Made by a program: the position numbers and the translations under genes. A stretch of DNA of 64,000 nt. Origin: Clostridiales bacterium. Its GTDB lineage: Bacteria; Bacillota; Dehalobacteriia; UBA4068. Below, one piece after another: positions 32,691 to 41,359 of the stretch (position 1 is the first letter of the stretch; each line of letters opens with the position of its first letter). The notes under the pieces are model-generated. The model did no database searches. It saw only the letters and a list, made by a program, of their open reading frames with translations, and was not told the origin of the DNA. The stretch spans positions 824,213 through 888,212 of the forward strand of contig JAXGOI010000001.1 of NCBI GenBank assembly GCA_040767605.1, read 5' to 3'.

Positions 32691-32861
32691 TTATATTTAA
32701 TTACTTAATTAATATAACATATTGCTGTTTTTTTAGCAAGCCAAATACTTAAAAACTGCTTTTTTAGCGCTTAATAGCGATATACAGATTGAAGGCCTTC
32801 TTATTATATGGTATATTTTATATATTATATTTGCCTTAATATTGCGATATTTTAAGGGACG

Positions 32862-33737
32862 GTGAAGGTATTGGCGGATCCCCCCTGCAAAGAGCTTAAA
32901 GTAAATTCCGCTTTAAATAAACTTAAGCGGAGAATACCCTATGGCTGGGATTTAAATATTTACAGGGGCTGCGGCCATAATTGCCTCTATTGCTATGCCC
33001 AATATTCCCACACTTACTTAAAGGATGAGGGCTTTTTTAAAAGCATTTATTATAAAGGTAATATTGTCGAAATATTAGATAAGGAGCTTTCCGCTCCGGG
33101 GTGGAAAAGAGAAATTGTTAATCTCGGGGGGATTACAGATAGTTATCAGCCGGCGGAAGAGCATTATAAAATAATGCCGGAAGTTTTAAAGCTGATGATT
33201 AAATATAAAACCCCCATTATAATTTCTTCTAAATCTGCCTTAATTCTTCGGGATTATGATTTAATAGATGAATTATCCCGCCTTACTTTAGTTAATATTG
33301 CCCAAACAATAACCACAACGGATGAAAATTTGCGTAAAAAAATTGAACCATTTGGGGCGCCTTCTTTAAAGCGTTTTGAGGTGCTTAAGGTATTCCGTAA
33401 AACAAATGCCAGTATAGGCCTGCATATTATGCCGGTTATTCCCTTTCTTAGTGATTCTGAAAAAAATCTCGAGGAGCTTTTATTTCTCGCTGCAGAGGCC
33501 CAGGTTGATTATGCCCTTACGGGTACTTTGTATTTAAGGGGTAAAACCAGAACCTGCTTTATGAGCTTTATGGAGCAAAACTATCCGGAAATATTTACGG
33601 ATTTTTCCGCCTTATATAAAAAGGGCGGGGCGGGTAAAAGCTATAAAGATACTCTTTATCAAAAAATCAATTCTCTAAGGGCAAAATATAAAGTATCCTC
33701 AGCCTATATGAAGCCCCTGAGAGAAAGGCTGAAATAA
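32862..33737 (+). CDS. Radical SAM protein (spore-photoproduct-lyase-like family)
   Basis: YRGCGHNCLYCYA (CxxxCxxC), TDSYQP, IEP. Confidence 0.88.
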   Translation: MKVLADPPCKELKVNSALNKLKRRIPYGWDLNIYRGCGHNCLYCYAQYSHTYLKDEGFFKSIYYKGNIVEILDKELSAPGWKREIVNLGGITDSYQPAEEHYKIMPEVLKLMIKYKTPIIISSKSALILRDYDLIDELSRLTLVNIAQTITTTDENLRKKIEPFGAPSLKRFEVLKVFRKTNASIGLHIMPVIPFLSDSEKNLEELLFLAAEAQVDYALTGTLYLRGKTRTCFMSFMEQNYPEIFTDFSALYKKGGAGKSYKDTLYQKINSLRAKYKVSSAYMKPLRERLK

Positions 33738-33794
33738 AAATTCGCCACGGCTTTTTTAAAATTACGGCCTAAGCAGGCAAAAGGAGGTATTCAG

Positions 33795-35006
33795 ATGGAT
33801 GTTTATGTAGCCAGGCAGCCAATATTTGACACAAAAATGAATACCTACGGCTATGAGCTGCTATTTAGAAAAAGCCAAAATAATTTTTATGAGGGAACAG
33901 ACCCTGATGAAAGCACCGCAAGCCTCATAAGCAATTCCTTTCTTGTAGTGGGCTTTGATGAATTAACCGGGGGAGCCCGGGGTTTTATTAATTTTCCCCA
34001 AAACCTTTTGGGACAAGGAATGGCCCTTTTACTCCCCAAAGACAGAGTGGTAATAGAAATTCTTGAAACTGTCCGCCCTACGGAGGAAGTTATTGAGGCC
34101 TGCCTGGAACTGAAAAACCAAGGCTATATTCTGGCCTTAGACGATTTTGTACTTAAAAATGAGGTTGAGTTTTCCCCCTTGATAGTTCTTGCGGATATTA
34201 TAAAAATAGAATACCCCCAAACCCCCATTATTGACCAAATTAAATTTATAAAAAAATATAAAAAAAGCATTACCTTTTTAGCGGAAAAAATAGAAACCAG
34301 AAAAGAATATTCAAGCGCCGTTAAAATTGGCTACCAACTCTTTCAGGGGTATTTTTTCAGCAAACCCCTTATGGTTAATGCAAAGGAAATCGGGGCTTTA
34401 AATATTAATCTTATTCAGATGTTAAATGAGCTGAATAATCCCGAGCCGGATTATAAAATTATCGCGGGTATTGTGGAGAGTGATTTGGACCTTGCCTATA
34501 AGCTTTTAAAGCTGGTTAATTCGGTTTATTTCTCAGCGAGATATACCATTAAATCCATTCATCAGGCTCTGGTGCATTTAGGAACAAAAGAGCTGAGACG
34601 CTGGACTTATTTACTTCTTTTAAGGGGTTTGCAATCTCCGGATAATGCCGAATTAATAAAAACCTCCTTAATCCGGGGTAAAATTCTTTCCCTTTTTGCC
34701 GTTGAAACAAAAAAAACCCGCCAGGAAACAGATTATTTTATTAGCGGTATTTTTTCTTCAATAGATGTGCTTTTAAATAGGGATATTGCAGAAATTTTAA
34801 AAGAACTCCCCTTAAGCCGCCAGGTTAAAGAAGCTCTTTTAGGGGGGGATAATGAAATAAGGCTTTGCCTAAATGCCCTTTTGGATTTTGAAAAGGGGGA
34901 TTACAGCACTTTAGAAAATGCCACCGCCGCCCGGGGCCTTAAAAGCGAAAAATTTATGGAGCTTTATTTGGAGGCTTTGCGCTGGCAGAGAAGCCTGCTT
35001 TTTTAA
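33795..35006 (+). CDS. EAL + HDOD domain c-di-GMP phosphodiesterase-like protein (YuxH/PdeH-like)
   Basis: ARQPI, YELLFR, ALDDF, LAEKIE, FQGYFFSKP; HDOD KLLKLVNS. Confidence 0.9.
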   Translation: MDVYVARQPIFDTKMNTYGYELLFRKSQNNFYEGTDPDESTASLISNSFLVVGFDELTGGARGFINFPQNLLGQGMALLLPKDRVVIEILETVRPTEEVIEACLELKNQGYILALDDFVLKNEVEFSPLIVLADIIKIEYPQTPIIDQIKFIKKYKKSITFLAEKIETRKEYSSAVKIGYQLFQGYFFSKPLMVNAKEIGALNINLIQMLNELNNPEPDYKIIAGIVESDLDLAYKLLKLVNSVYFSARYTIKSIHQALVHLGTKELRRWTYLLLLRGLQSPDNAELIKTSLIRGKILSLFAVETKKTRQETDYFISGIFSSIDVLLNRDIAEILKELPLSRQVKEALLGGDNEIRLCLNALLDFEKGDYSTLENATAARGLKSEKFMELYLEALRWQRSLLF

Positions 35007-35080
35007 ACAGGCATATAGCGCTTTTAAAAATATATTTAACCTCGCAAACTTTCTAATCCTATAAGCACCGCTTTTTATAA

Positions 35081-35113
35081 AAAGGCGGCCTGTATTTAAT
35101 ACAGGCCGCCTTT
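35081..35113. terminator. Bidirectional terminator
   Basis: AAAGGCGGCCTGTAT-tta-ATACAGGCCGCCTTT. Confidence 0.85.
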
Positions 35114-35139
35114 AAAACTCCAAAAAACGCTTAAAAGGT

Positions 35140-36057
35140 TTAAGTTAAATTATTAAGATCATAAGGGGTTTCCTGATAAACATAATAATTAAGCCAATTG
35201 TTAAACAAGAGCATTTCATGGCTGCGCCAGGATAAAACCGGCGGGTTTTCAGGATTATTTTGAGGGAAATAATTCTCCGGCACCCGGGGGTTAAGGCCCT
35301 TTTTAAAATCCCTGGCATATTCTTCAGCCAAAGTATTTCTATCATATTCCCCATGGCCGGTGGCAAAAAACTGCCGCCCGTTTTTATTGGCTATTATATA
35401 GGCCCCGGCCTCTTTTGAGGCGGCCAGTATTTCCAATTCCGGCACTTTTTTAAGCTCTCTTTCATTAAAATGGCTGTATCTGGAATGGGGCGCGTAAAAA
35501 ATATCATCAAAGCCCCTTAATAAGTGGTGGCGGGGTTTTAAATTCTCATGCAAATAAACTCCTGAAAGCTTTTGGCAAAGCTCATATTTCTCTAAACCAT
35601 AATGATAATAAAGCCCAGCTAAAGCCCCCCAGCAAATATGAAAAACAGAATAAACATTCTTTTTACTCCATTTGAAAATTCGGCAAAGCTCCGGCCAATA
35701 ATCAACCTCTTCAAAAGAAAGACGCTCCACCGGGGCCCCGGTAATAATCATACCGTCATACCTTTTTTCTTTTACCGTCTCAAAATCCGTATAAAAATTT
35801 TCCAGGTATTTGGCCGGGGTATTTTTAGAAATATGGCTTTTTACCTGTAAAAGCTCAATTTCTATTTGGAGGGGGGAATTACTTAATAAGCGTAAAAGCT
35901 GAACCTCCGTTACGGGTTTTTTAGGCATCAGGTTTAAAATTAAAATTTTTAAAGGCCGAATATCCTGATGCTCGGCTCTCTCCTGCCCCATTACAAATAT
36001 ATTTTCTTTTAAAAGCTCCTCCGCCGCGGGAAGGCCGTTGGGTATTTTTACCGGCAT
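35140..36057 (-). CDS. metA: MetA-family homoserine O-acyltransferase, probably an acetyltransferase
   Basis: LNLMP, ITGAPVE (Glu at the acyl-specificity position), ICWG, PHSR. Confidence 0.93.
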   Translation of the reverse strand: MPVKIPNGLPAAEELLKENIFVMGQERAEHQDIRPLKILILNLMPKKPVTEVQLLRLLSNSPLQIEIELLQVKSHISKNTPAKYLENFYTDFETVKEKRYDGMIITGAPVERLSFEEVDYWPELCRIFKWSKKNVYSVFHICWGALAGLYYHYGLEKYELCQKLSGVYLHENLKPRHHLLRGFDDIFYAPHSRYSHFNERELKKVPELEILAASKEAGAYIIANKNGRQFFATGHGEYDRNTLAEEYARDFKKGLNPRVPENYFPQNNPENPPVLSWRSHEMLLFNNWLNYYVYQETPYDLNNLT

Positions 36058-36084
36058 TTTTATCGCCTCCTAAACTTTTTTGCC

Positions 36085-37380
36085 TTAAGCTTTAAAGGCT
36101 TTCTTTAAGGCCTGATTTAAATCGTCGATTAAATCCCCCGCATCCTCAAGGCCTATGGAAAGGCGGATAGTCTCCGGTCCGCAGCCCGCTTTTAACTGCT
36201 CTTTTAGGCTAAGCTGCTGATGGGTTGTGCTGGCAGGGTGAATAACCAGAGATTTTGTATCCGCCACATTGGCTAAAAGGGAGAAAATCTCCAAAGAATC
36301 AATAAATTTTTTGGCCTTATTAATATCTCCGCCCTTTAAACTAAAGCTGAAAATAGACCCGGCCCCTTTTGGGAAATATTTTTTTGCCAGGGAATAATAT
36401 TTGCTCCCTTTAATAGAGGGGTAATTAATTGAAGATACATAAGGGCTTCCTGAAAGGAATTCTATGATTTTTTCGGTATTTTCCACATGTTTTTTAACCC
36501 GGAGGGAAAGGGTTTCCAGCCCCTGAATAAATAAAAAAGCGTTTAAAGGCGCAAGAGCCGCCCCGGTATCTCTTAAAAGCTGCGCCCTGATTTTAGTAAC
36601 AAAAGCCGCCGGGCCAAAATCCTGATAATATTTAATCCCGTGATAGCTTTGATCCGGCTGATTAAAACCGGGGAAGCGCTTGCTTTTTTCCCAATTAAAT
36701 TTACCCCCTTCTACTATTACCCCGCCTATAGAGGAACCGTGGCCGCCGATAAATTTTGTGGCGGAGTGAACAACAATATCCGCCCCATGTTTTAAGGGCT
36801 GAAAAAGATAAGGTGTGGCAAAGGTATTATCCACTATTAAGGGCAAATCATTTTCATTGGCGATTTCGGCCACAGCCTGTATATCCACAATATTAATGCC
36901 GGGATTACCCAGGGATTCAAAAAATATGGCCTTGGTTTTTTCATTTATGGCTTTGCGGAAATTTTCCGGATTGTCGGCATTTACAAAATTAGTTTTTATG
37001 CCGAACTTTGGCAGGGTTGAGGCAAATAAATTATAGGTGCCGCCGTATAATGTGGCGGCAGAAATTATTTCATCCCCGGCCTGGGCAATATTTAAAATGG
37101 CATAATTAATAGCAGCCGAGCCGGAAGCTACGGCAAGCCCGGCGGAACCCCCCTCCAGAGCCGCCACCCTTCTCTCAAAAACCTCATTTGTAGGGTTACC
37201 CAGGCGGGTATAAATATTCCCTTGGGTCTTTAAGGCAAATAAATCTTCCGCATGCCGGGAGTTCTTAAAAACATAGGATGCTGTTTGATATATAGGGACG
37301 GCACAAGCCCCAGTTGACGGGTCCGGGAATTGCCCGGCATGAACCTGTAAGGTATCAAAACCCAATTCTTTTTTTATCAT
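36085..37380 (-). CDS. metY: O-acetylhomoserine sulfhydrylase
   Basis: [20 protein letters not shown] (PLP Lys), [11 protein letters not shown]. Confidence 0.93.
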   Translation of the reverse strand: MIKKELGFDTLQVHAGQFPDPSTGACAVPIYQTASYVFKNSRHAEDLFALKTQGNIYTRLGNPTNEVFERRVAALEGGSAGLAVASGSAAINYAILNIAQAGDEIISAATLYGGTYNLFASTLPKFGIKTNFVNADNPENFRKAINEKTKAIFFESLGNPGINIVDIQAVAEIANENDLPLIVDNTFATPYLFQPLKHGADIVVHSATKFIGGHGSSIGGVIVEGGKFNWEKSKRFPGFNQPDQSYHGIKYYQDFGPAAFVTKIRAQLLRDTGAALAPLNAFLFIQGLETLSLRVKKHVENTEKIIEFLSGSPYVSSINYPSIKGSKYYSLAKKYFPKGAGSIFSFSLKGGDINKAKKFIDSLEIFSLLANVADTKSLVIHPASTTHQQLSLKEQLKAGCGPETIRLSIGLEDAGDLIDDLNQALKKAFKA

Positions 37381-37407
37381 TTATAATCAACCTTTCTCTT
37401 TTAAAAT

Positions 37408-37435
37408 AAAAAAACGGCCATCAACCGGCCGCTTT
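37408..37435 (-). terminator. Attenuator-type terminator upstream of metY
   Basis: Minus strand GCGGCC-ggttgat-GGCCGT followed by a T-run, ending just before the metY RBS. Confidence 0.7.
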
Positions 37436-37489
37436 AAAAATTCAACAATATGCTTAATTAAGCATTGATATAAGCTAAGGCAGATGTTT

Positions 37490-37582
37490 TCAGCACATTA
37501 AAATAGACCTGCTCATCCGGCACATCAGCATATCGGCAAAATATTGGTTTTTTCTCTTTTGATTTTGCGTTTTAAAAGTCAT
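37490..37582 (-). CDS. Putative Met/Cys-rich leader peptide MTFKTQNQKRKNQYFADMLMCRMSRSILMC
   Basis: Translated by hand; AAAGGTGA RBS; 4 Met + 2 Cys in the last 13 codons; lies between the promoter and the terminator of metY-metA. Confidence 0.7.
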   Translation of the reverse strand: MTFKTQNQKRKNQYFADMLMCRMSRSILMC

Positions 37583-37628
37583 AAATCTTCACCTTTTTCA
37601 AAATTCCTATATAACTGCTATGCTTTAT

Positions 37629-37657
37629 AGGATACAATATAAAGCCCCTAAAGTCAA
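37629..37657 (-). promoter_or_regulatory. SigA promoter of leader-metY-metA
   Basis: TTGACT-N17-TATCCT. Confidence 0.65.
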
Positions 37658-37772
37658 GGCTTTTGTTTTATAATTTGCGGCTCCTTAAATTTTACCCCTA
37701 AAACAGGCTAAATATCCCCAAAAAAATAGAGCCCGCTTTTAATCGGCGGGCTTTTTTATGCTCTTTTGGGCT

Positions 37773-39026
37773 TTAGCTGATATTAGGGACTAATTCCCCA
37801 TGCCTGAATGTATTGGCCTCAAAGAAGGGGTCGCCCTCCGCCATTTGTGTTGAAGTCCATCCATATACCCCGGGAATTAAACCGGAAAACTCAACAACAT
37901 AATTTTCCGGAACATCTTCCGTTGCAAAATCCAAAGCGGCCTGAGAGGGAACAGAAACAGCGCCTGTTGTATAAATTTGAGTTTTTGTTGTTGGAGTAAG
38001 AGAATACACAGCTGCGCTTACCGTTACCGCCGCTGATGTATTATTAAATACCTTTATAACCAGCCTATTGGCATCAGTTGTGGCAAACACCGGCCCTGTT
38101 GTTTTATTGCTGCTTTGGGCATTGGATAATATCTGGTCAACCTCAGTTTTAATTTCCTCAAGACCAAAGTCTGAACTTAAAACAGCGCTTTCAATAGCGT
38201 TTACCTCAGTTTTAATTTCCTCAAGGCCAAAATCCGAACTTAAAACGGCACTTTCAATAGCGTTTACTTCAGTTTTAATTTCCTCCAGTCCAAAATCCGG
38301 GCTTAAAACAGCATTCTCAATAGCGTTAACTTCAGTTTTAATTTCCTCCAGTCCAAAATCCGAACTTAAAACGGCATTCTCAATAGCGTTTACTTCGGTT
38401 TTAATTTCCTCTAAACCGAATTCAGAACTTAAAACGGCACTTTCAATAGCGTTTACTTCCGTCTTGATTTCCTCCAGGCCGAATTCAGAACTTAAAACAG
38501 CGCTTTCAATAGCGCCTACTTCCGTTTTAATTTCACTAAGACCAAAATCCGAACTTAAAACGGCGCTTTCAATAGCGCCTACTTCCGTTTTAATTTCACT
38601 AAGACCAAAATTCGGGCTTAAAACGGCATTCTCAATAGCGCTTACTTCGGTTTTAATTTCCTCCAGGCCGAATTCAGAACTTAAAACAGCGCTTTCCGTA
38701 GTATTTATTTCCGACATAATTTTCCTAAGGCCGTAATCCGGCCTATGGAGCAGCCTTTCTATCTTCTCCGTATTCTTAAGTATAGCTCTTTGCCCTTGCC
38801 CGGCTACGGGGCAAGGGCAGTGAGGCGCCGTATTTGGCCGGGAATTTGTATTCCCTCTCCGGAATCTTATTGGGCCGTAAACCTGATTAAATAAATCCTC
38901 CGGCATGCAGGCGCCGGAGCCTCTTAAAATACCGGTATCATCATCCCCTTGCAGGTCGGTAAAATCTTCCTCATGATCAAAAAGCTCGCCATTAAAATCA
39001 GGCGTAGTTTTATCCTTATGTTTCAT
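37773..39026 (-). CDS. Uncharacterised 21-aa-repeat coiled-coil protein, probably spore-surface associated
   Basis: 9 copies of AVLSSxFGLEEIKTEVxAIEx; no signal peptide; SigK-like promoter upstream. Confidence 0.75.
   Translation of the reverse strand: MKHKDKTTPDFNGELFDHEEDFTDLQGDDDTGILRGSGACMPEDLFNQVYGPIRFRRGNTNSRPNTAPHCPCPVAGQGQRAILKNTEKIERLLHRPDYGLRKIMSEINTTESAVLSSEFGLEEIKTEVSAIENAVLSPNFGLSEIKTEVGAIESAVLSSDFGLSEIKTEVGAIESAVLSSEFGLEEIKTEVNAIESAVLSSEFGLEEIKTEVNAIENAVLSSDFGLEEIKTEVNAIENAVLSPDFGLEEIKTEVNAIESAVLSSDFGLEEIKTEVNAIESAVLSSDFGLEEIKTEVDQILSNAQSSNKTTGPVFATTDANRLVIKVFNNTSAAVTVSAAVYSLTPTTKTQIYTTGAVSVPSQAALDFATEDVPENYVVEFSGLIPGVYGWTSTQMAEGDPFFEANTFRHGELVPNIS
38124..38690 (-). repeat. 63-bp coding tandem repeat x9
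   Basis: Period of 63 bp seen directly (e.g. 38161 vs 38224). Confidence 0.92.
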
Positions 39027-39070
39027 AATTACTATCCCCTATAAAAAATAAATTATTTGGCCCCAATAAT

Positions 39071-39099
39071 AATATATGCTTAAATAAAAGCCTTAGTGA
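39071..39099 (-). promoter_or_regulatory. SigK-like promoter
   Basis: TCAC-N17-CATATATT. Confidence 0.5.
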
Positions 39100-39203
39100 A
39101 AGGCTTTTTTATGCTCCCATAATTAAAAAGAGCGCCTTAGTTGATTGCTAAAGCGCCCCCTGGTTTTTGTTTTTATTTAGCGGCCTAAAAATTATTTAAA
39201 TTT

Positions 39204-40592
39204 TTATTCTCCGGCAAGAACCGGATCTTCCCTTATTGTGTCAAATTTTGGCAGCTTGCGGGAATAAAGGTAATACCAGGTATATTCCCATACTCCCCTG
39301 AAGACAGCCCCGGCGGTAACCGCAATCCAAATCCCATATAAGCCTAAAGATGTTTTGGAAAGGAAATAGGCTGCAACAACCCGTAAAAAACAGCTGGTAA
39401 TTATAACTATGGAGGGTGGAATTGTTCGCCCCAAACCCCTGAAAGAACCTAAAGATATACCCTCCAAACAGGAGGCTATCTGGCTGATTGAAAGAATGCG
39501 GAGATTAATAACACCCAGGTATATAACATCCGCCTCATGAGGGAGGAAGATTTTAAATATAAATTCCGCCCCGAAAAACAACAGTACGGTAACAATTACA
39601 CCCCAAATAATCATTAGCTGTGAACCAATTTTAAAGCTTTTATGAATGCGGCTCCATTTGCCGGCGCCGTAGTTTTGCCCCACAAAGCTGATTAAGGCCG
39701 TGCAAAAACCGGATGCAATTAGCCAGGAAAGGCTTTCTACCTGCAAGCCGATTCTTTGGGCGGCTAAAGCCCCTGCCCCGTAGGCAGCCACCATAGCCGT
39801 AATAAGCATAGAGAAAAATGAGAATAAAAAGGTATCGGCGGCAATTGGGGCAACCCATTTAGTTATTTTTTTTGCATACTGCCAATTTGGTTTCGCAAAA
39901 AGTCTGAATTTATCAAAGGGGCGGTTTTTATAGGCAATAATCGCCCAGGCGGAGACAATACCCGCTACAACTTGAGCAATTGTTGTTGCCCAGGCCGCGC
40001 CTTCCACTCCCCAGCCGGCACAAAAAATCAAAAGCGGGTCCAATATCATATTAATTGCCAAACCGATTAAATTTGTTATAAAAGGTATTCTGGAATTCCC
40101 GCTGCCATTATATATACCTGTAACAGAGGCGGATAAAAAAACAACGGGAAAGCCGAAGCTGACAATAGCCAAATAGTTTTCTGTGCTCTTTATCAGGGCT
40201 ATATCCCCCAGGCGGAAAAAGCCGATTAATTGGCCCCTGAAAACAATAAATAACAGCCCTAAAAGTAAGCCCAAGAAAATATTTATTAAAGCTGCTGTTT
40301 GCCCGTATTCGCGGGCGGTTTTAATTTCGCCCTGCCCCAGGTTTTGAGAAACCCCAATTTCTGAGCCCGTCCTGCCGTAAGCCATTAAAGACATAGACAT
40401 AAACATAAATAACCCGGCGGTGCCGGAGGCGGCTACGGCATCACTCCCTACCCGCCCCAGCCAAATCATATCGATTAAATTATATGCCATCTGGACTATT
40501 TGTGTACCCACCATGGGCAAAGCAACTAAAAACAGCCTTTCTAAAATAGAACCTTCCGTAAGATTATATTTACTTAACATGCCATTACCCAT
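39204..40592 (-). CDS. MATE family efflux transporter
   Basis: LTEGSI...ALPM, DMIWLGRVG, ILDPLLIF, GQNYGAG; about 12 TM helices. Confidence 0.93.
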   Translation of the reverse strand: MGNGMLSKYNLTEGSILERLFLVALPMVGTQIVQMAYNLIDMIWLGRVGSDAVAASGTAGLFMFMSMSLMAYGRTGSEIGVSQNLGQGEIKTAREYGQTAALINIFLGLLLGLLFIVFRGQLIGFFRLGDIALIKSTENYLAIVSFGFPVVFLSASVTGIYNGSGNSRIPFITNLIGLAINMILDPLLIFCAGWGVEGAAWATTIAQVVAGIVSAWAIIAYKNRPFDKFRLFAKPNWQYAKKITKWVAPIAADTFLFSFFSMLITAMVAAYGAGALAAQRIGLQVESLSWLIASGFCTALISFVGQNYGAGKWSRIHKSFKIGSQLMIIWGVIVTVLLFFGAEFIFKIFLPHEADVIYLGVINLRILSISQIASCLEGISLGSFRGLGRTIPPSIVIITSCFLRVVAAYFLSKTSLGLYGIWIAVTAGAVFRGVWEYTWYYLYSRKLPKFDTIREDPVLAGE

Positions 40593-40606
40593 AAAAGTGC
40601 CCCTAA

Positions 40607-40645
40607 CTATGTAGCTGATAAGCAGTTAAATTTAAGCCTACTCAT
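40607..40645 (-). other. Putative uORF MSRLKFNCLSAT in the MATE leader
   Basis: GAGGAA RBS 7 nt before the ATG; stop codon abuts the MATE RBS. Confidence 0.4.
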
Positions 40646-41075
40646 CCAATTATTCCTCTGGCTTTAAACTGCCTATAATTTTACAAGAACAACTGACTAA
40701 TTAGGCATAATAAAAATAATCACCCCTTCCCTAAAAAAGAGATAATTATTTAAACAGGCCATAATTAGCTGGAGTTCCCCCTTATTATAATCTAAAAAAA
40801 CATAAAATGCAAAGCTCAAAGGGCTTTTTACAAAATACCACAAATTATTTATAGAGCATAGCAAATTTTTAATAGAGTTTATTTAACCCGGCTTAATTAT
40901 GCCTATAAATATATTAAATTAAAAATTCTCCCTTAATATACAAAAGAGAACACCGGGTTTTATCTTCTTCTAGAATAAATCGGGATTATAATATAATAAG
41001 TGAATAAGAAGGCGGGCCAATAAGAAAAATTAAACCCCTTTGCCGTTTTATCCCGGCTTCAGGGGTTTTTAGTGC

Positions 41076-41309
41076 TTATTTTTCTTTAACCTGAATTTTT
41101 AAAATATCAAAGCCCATTGCGGATATGGCTTTTTCTACATCATCTACGGATATTTTTTCTTCATCAAAATCAAATTTTAATTTGCTGGAATTAAAAAGCA
41201 CCTCTACGCTGTCCTTATCAATCCCGTTTAAGGATTTTGCCATCTTTTCTACCTTAATAACACAGGAAGGGCAGGTTAAAGTTTCCAATTGCATTATTGC
41301 ACTTTTCAT
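41076..41309 (-). CDS. Heavy-metal-associated (HMA) domain protein
   Basis: LTCPSC motif, VLFNSSK. Confidence 0.9.
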   Translation of the reverse strand: MKSAIMQLETLTCPSCVIKVEKMAKSLNGIDKDSVEVLFNSSKLKFDFDEEKISVDDVEKAISAMGFDILKIQVKEK

Positions 41310-41359
41310 TTTTATCTCTCCTTAATATTTACTTTATATATATAAATTAATATCTCTTT

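Noticed and set aside
37381-37660. SAM-I riboswitch or T-box before metY
   Set aside because: No ATCAAGAG/GGCAACC/GTGC core and no GGTGGNACC T-box found by eye
38068-38736. 222-aa + strand ORF, or a CRISPR-like reading of the 63-bp repeats
   Set aside because: Antisense shadow of a coding repeat; units are contiguous without unique spacers, and no cas genes are present
40660-40710. In-frame TAG codons after an RBS-ATG suggesting pyrrolysine read-through
   Set aside because: TAG ends several ordinary genes in the window, no pyl genes are present, and read-through would give only a 14-aa peptide
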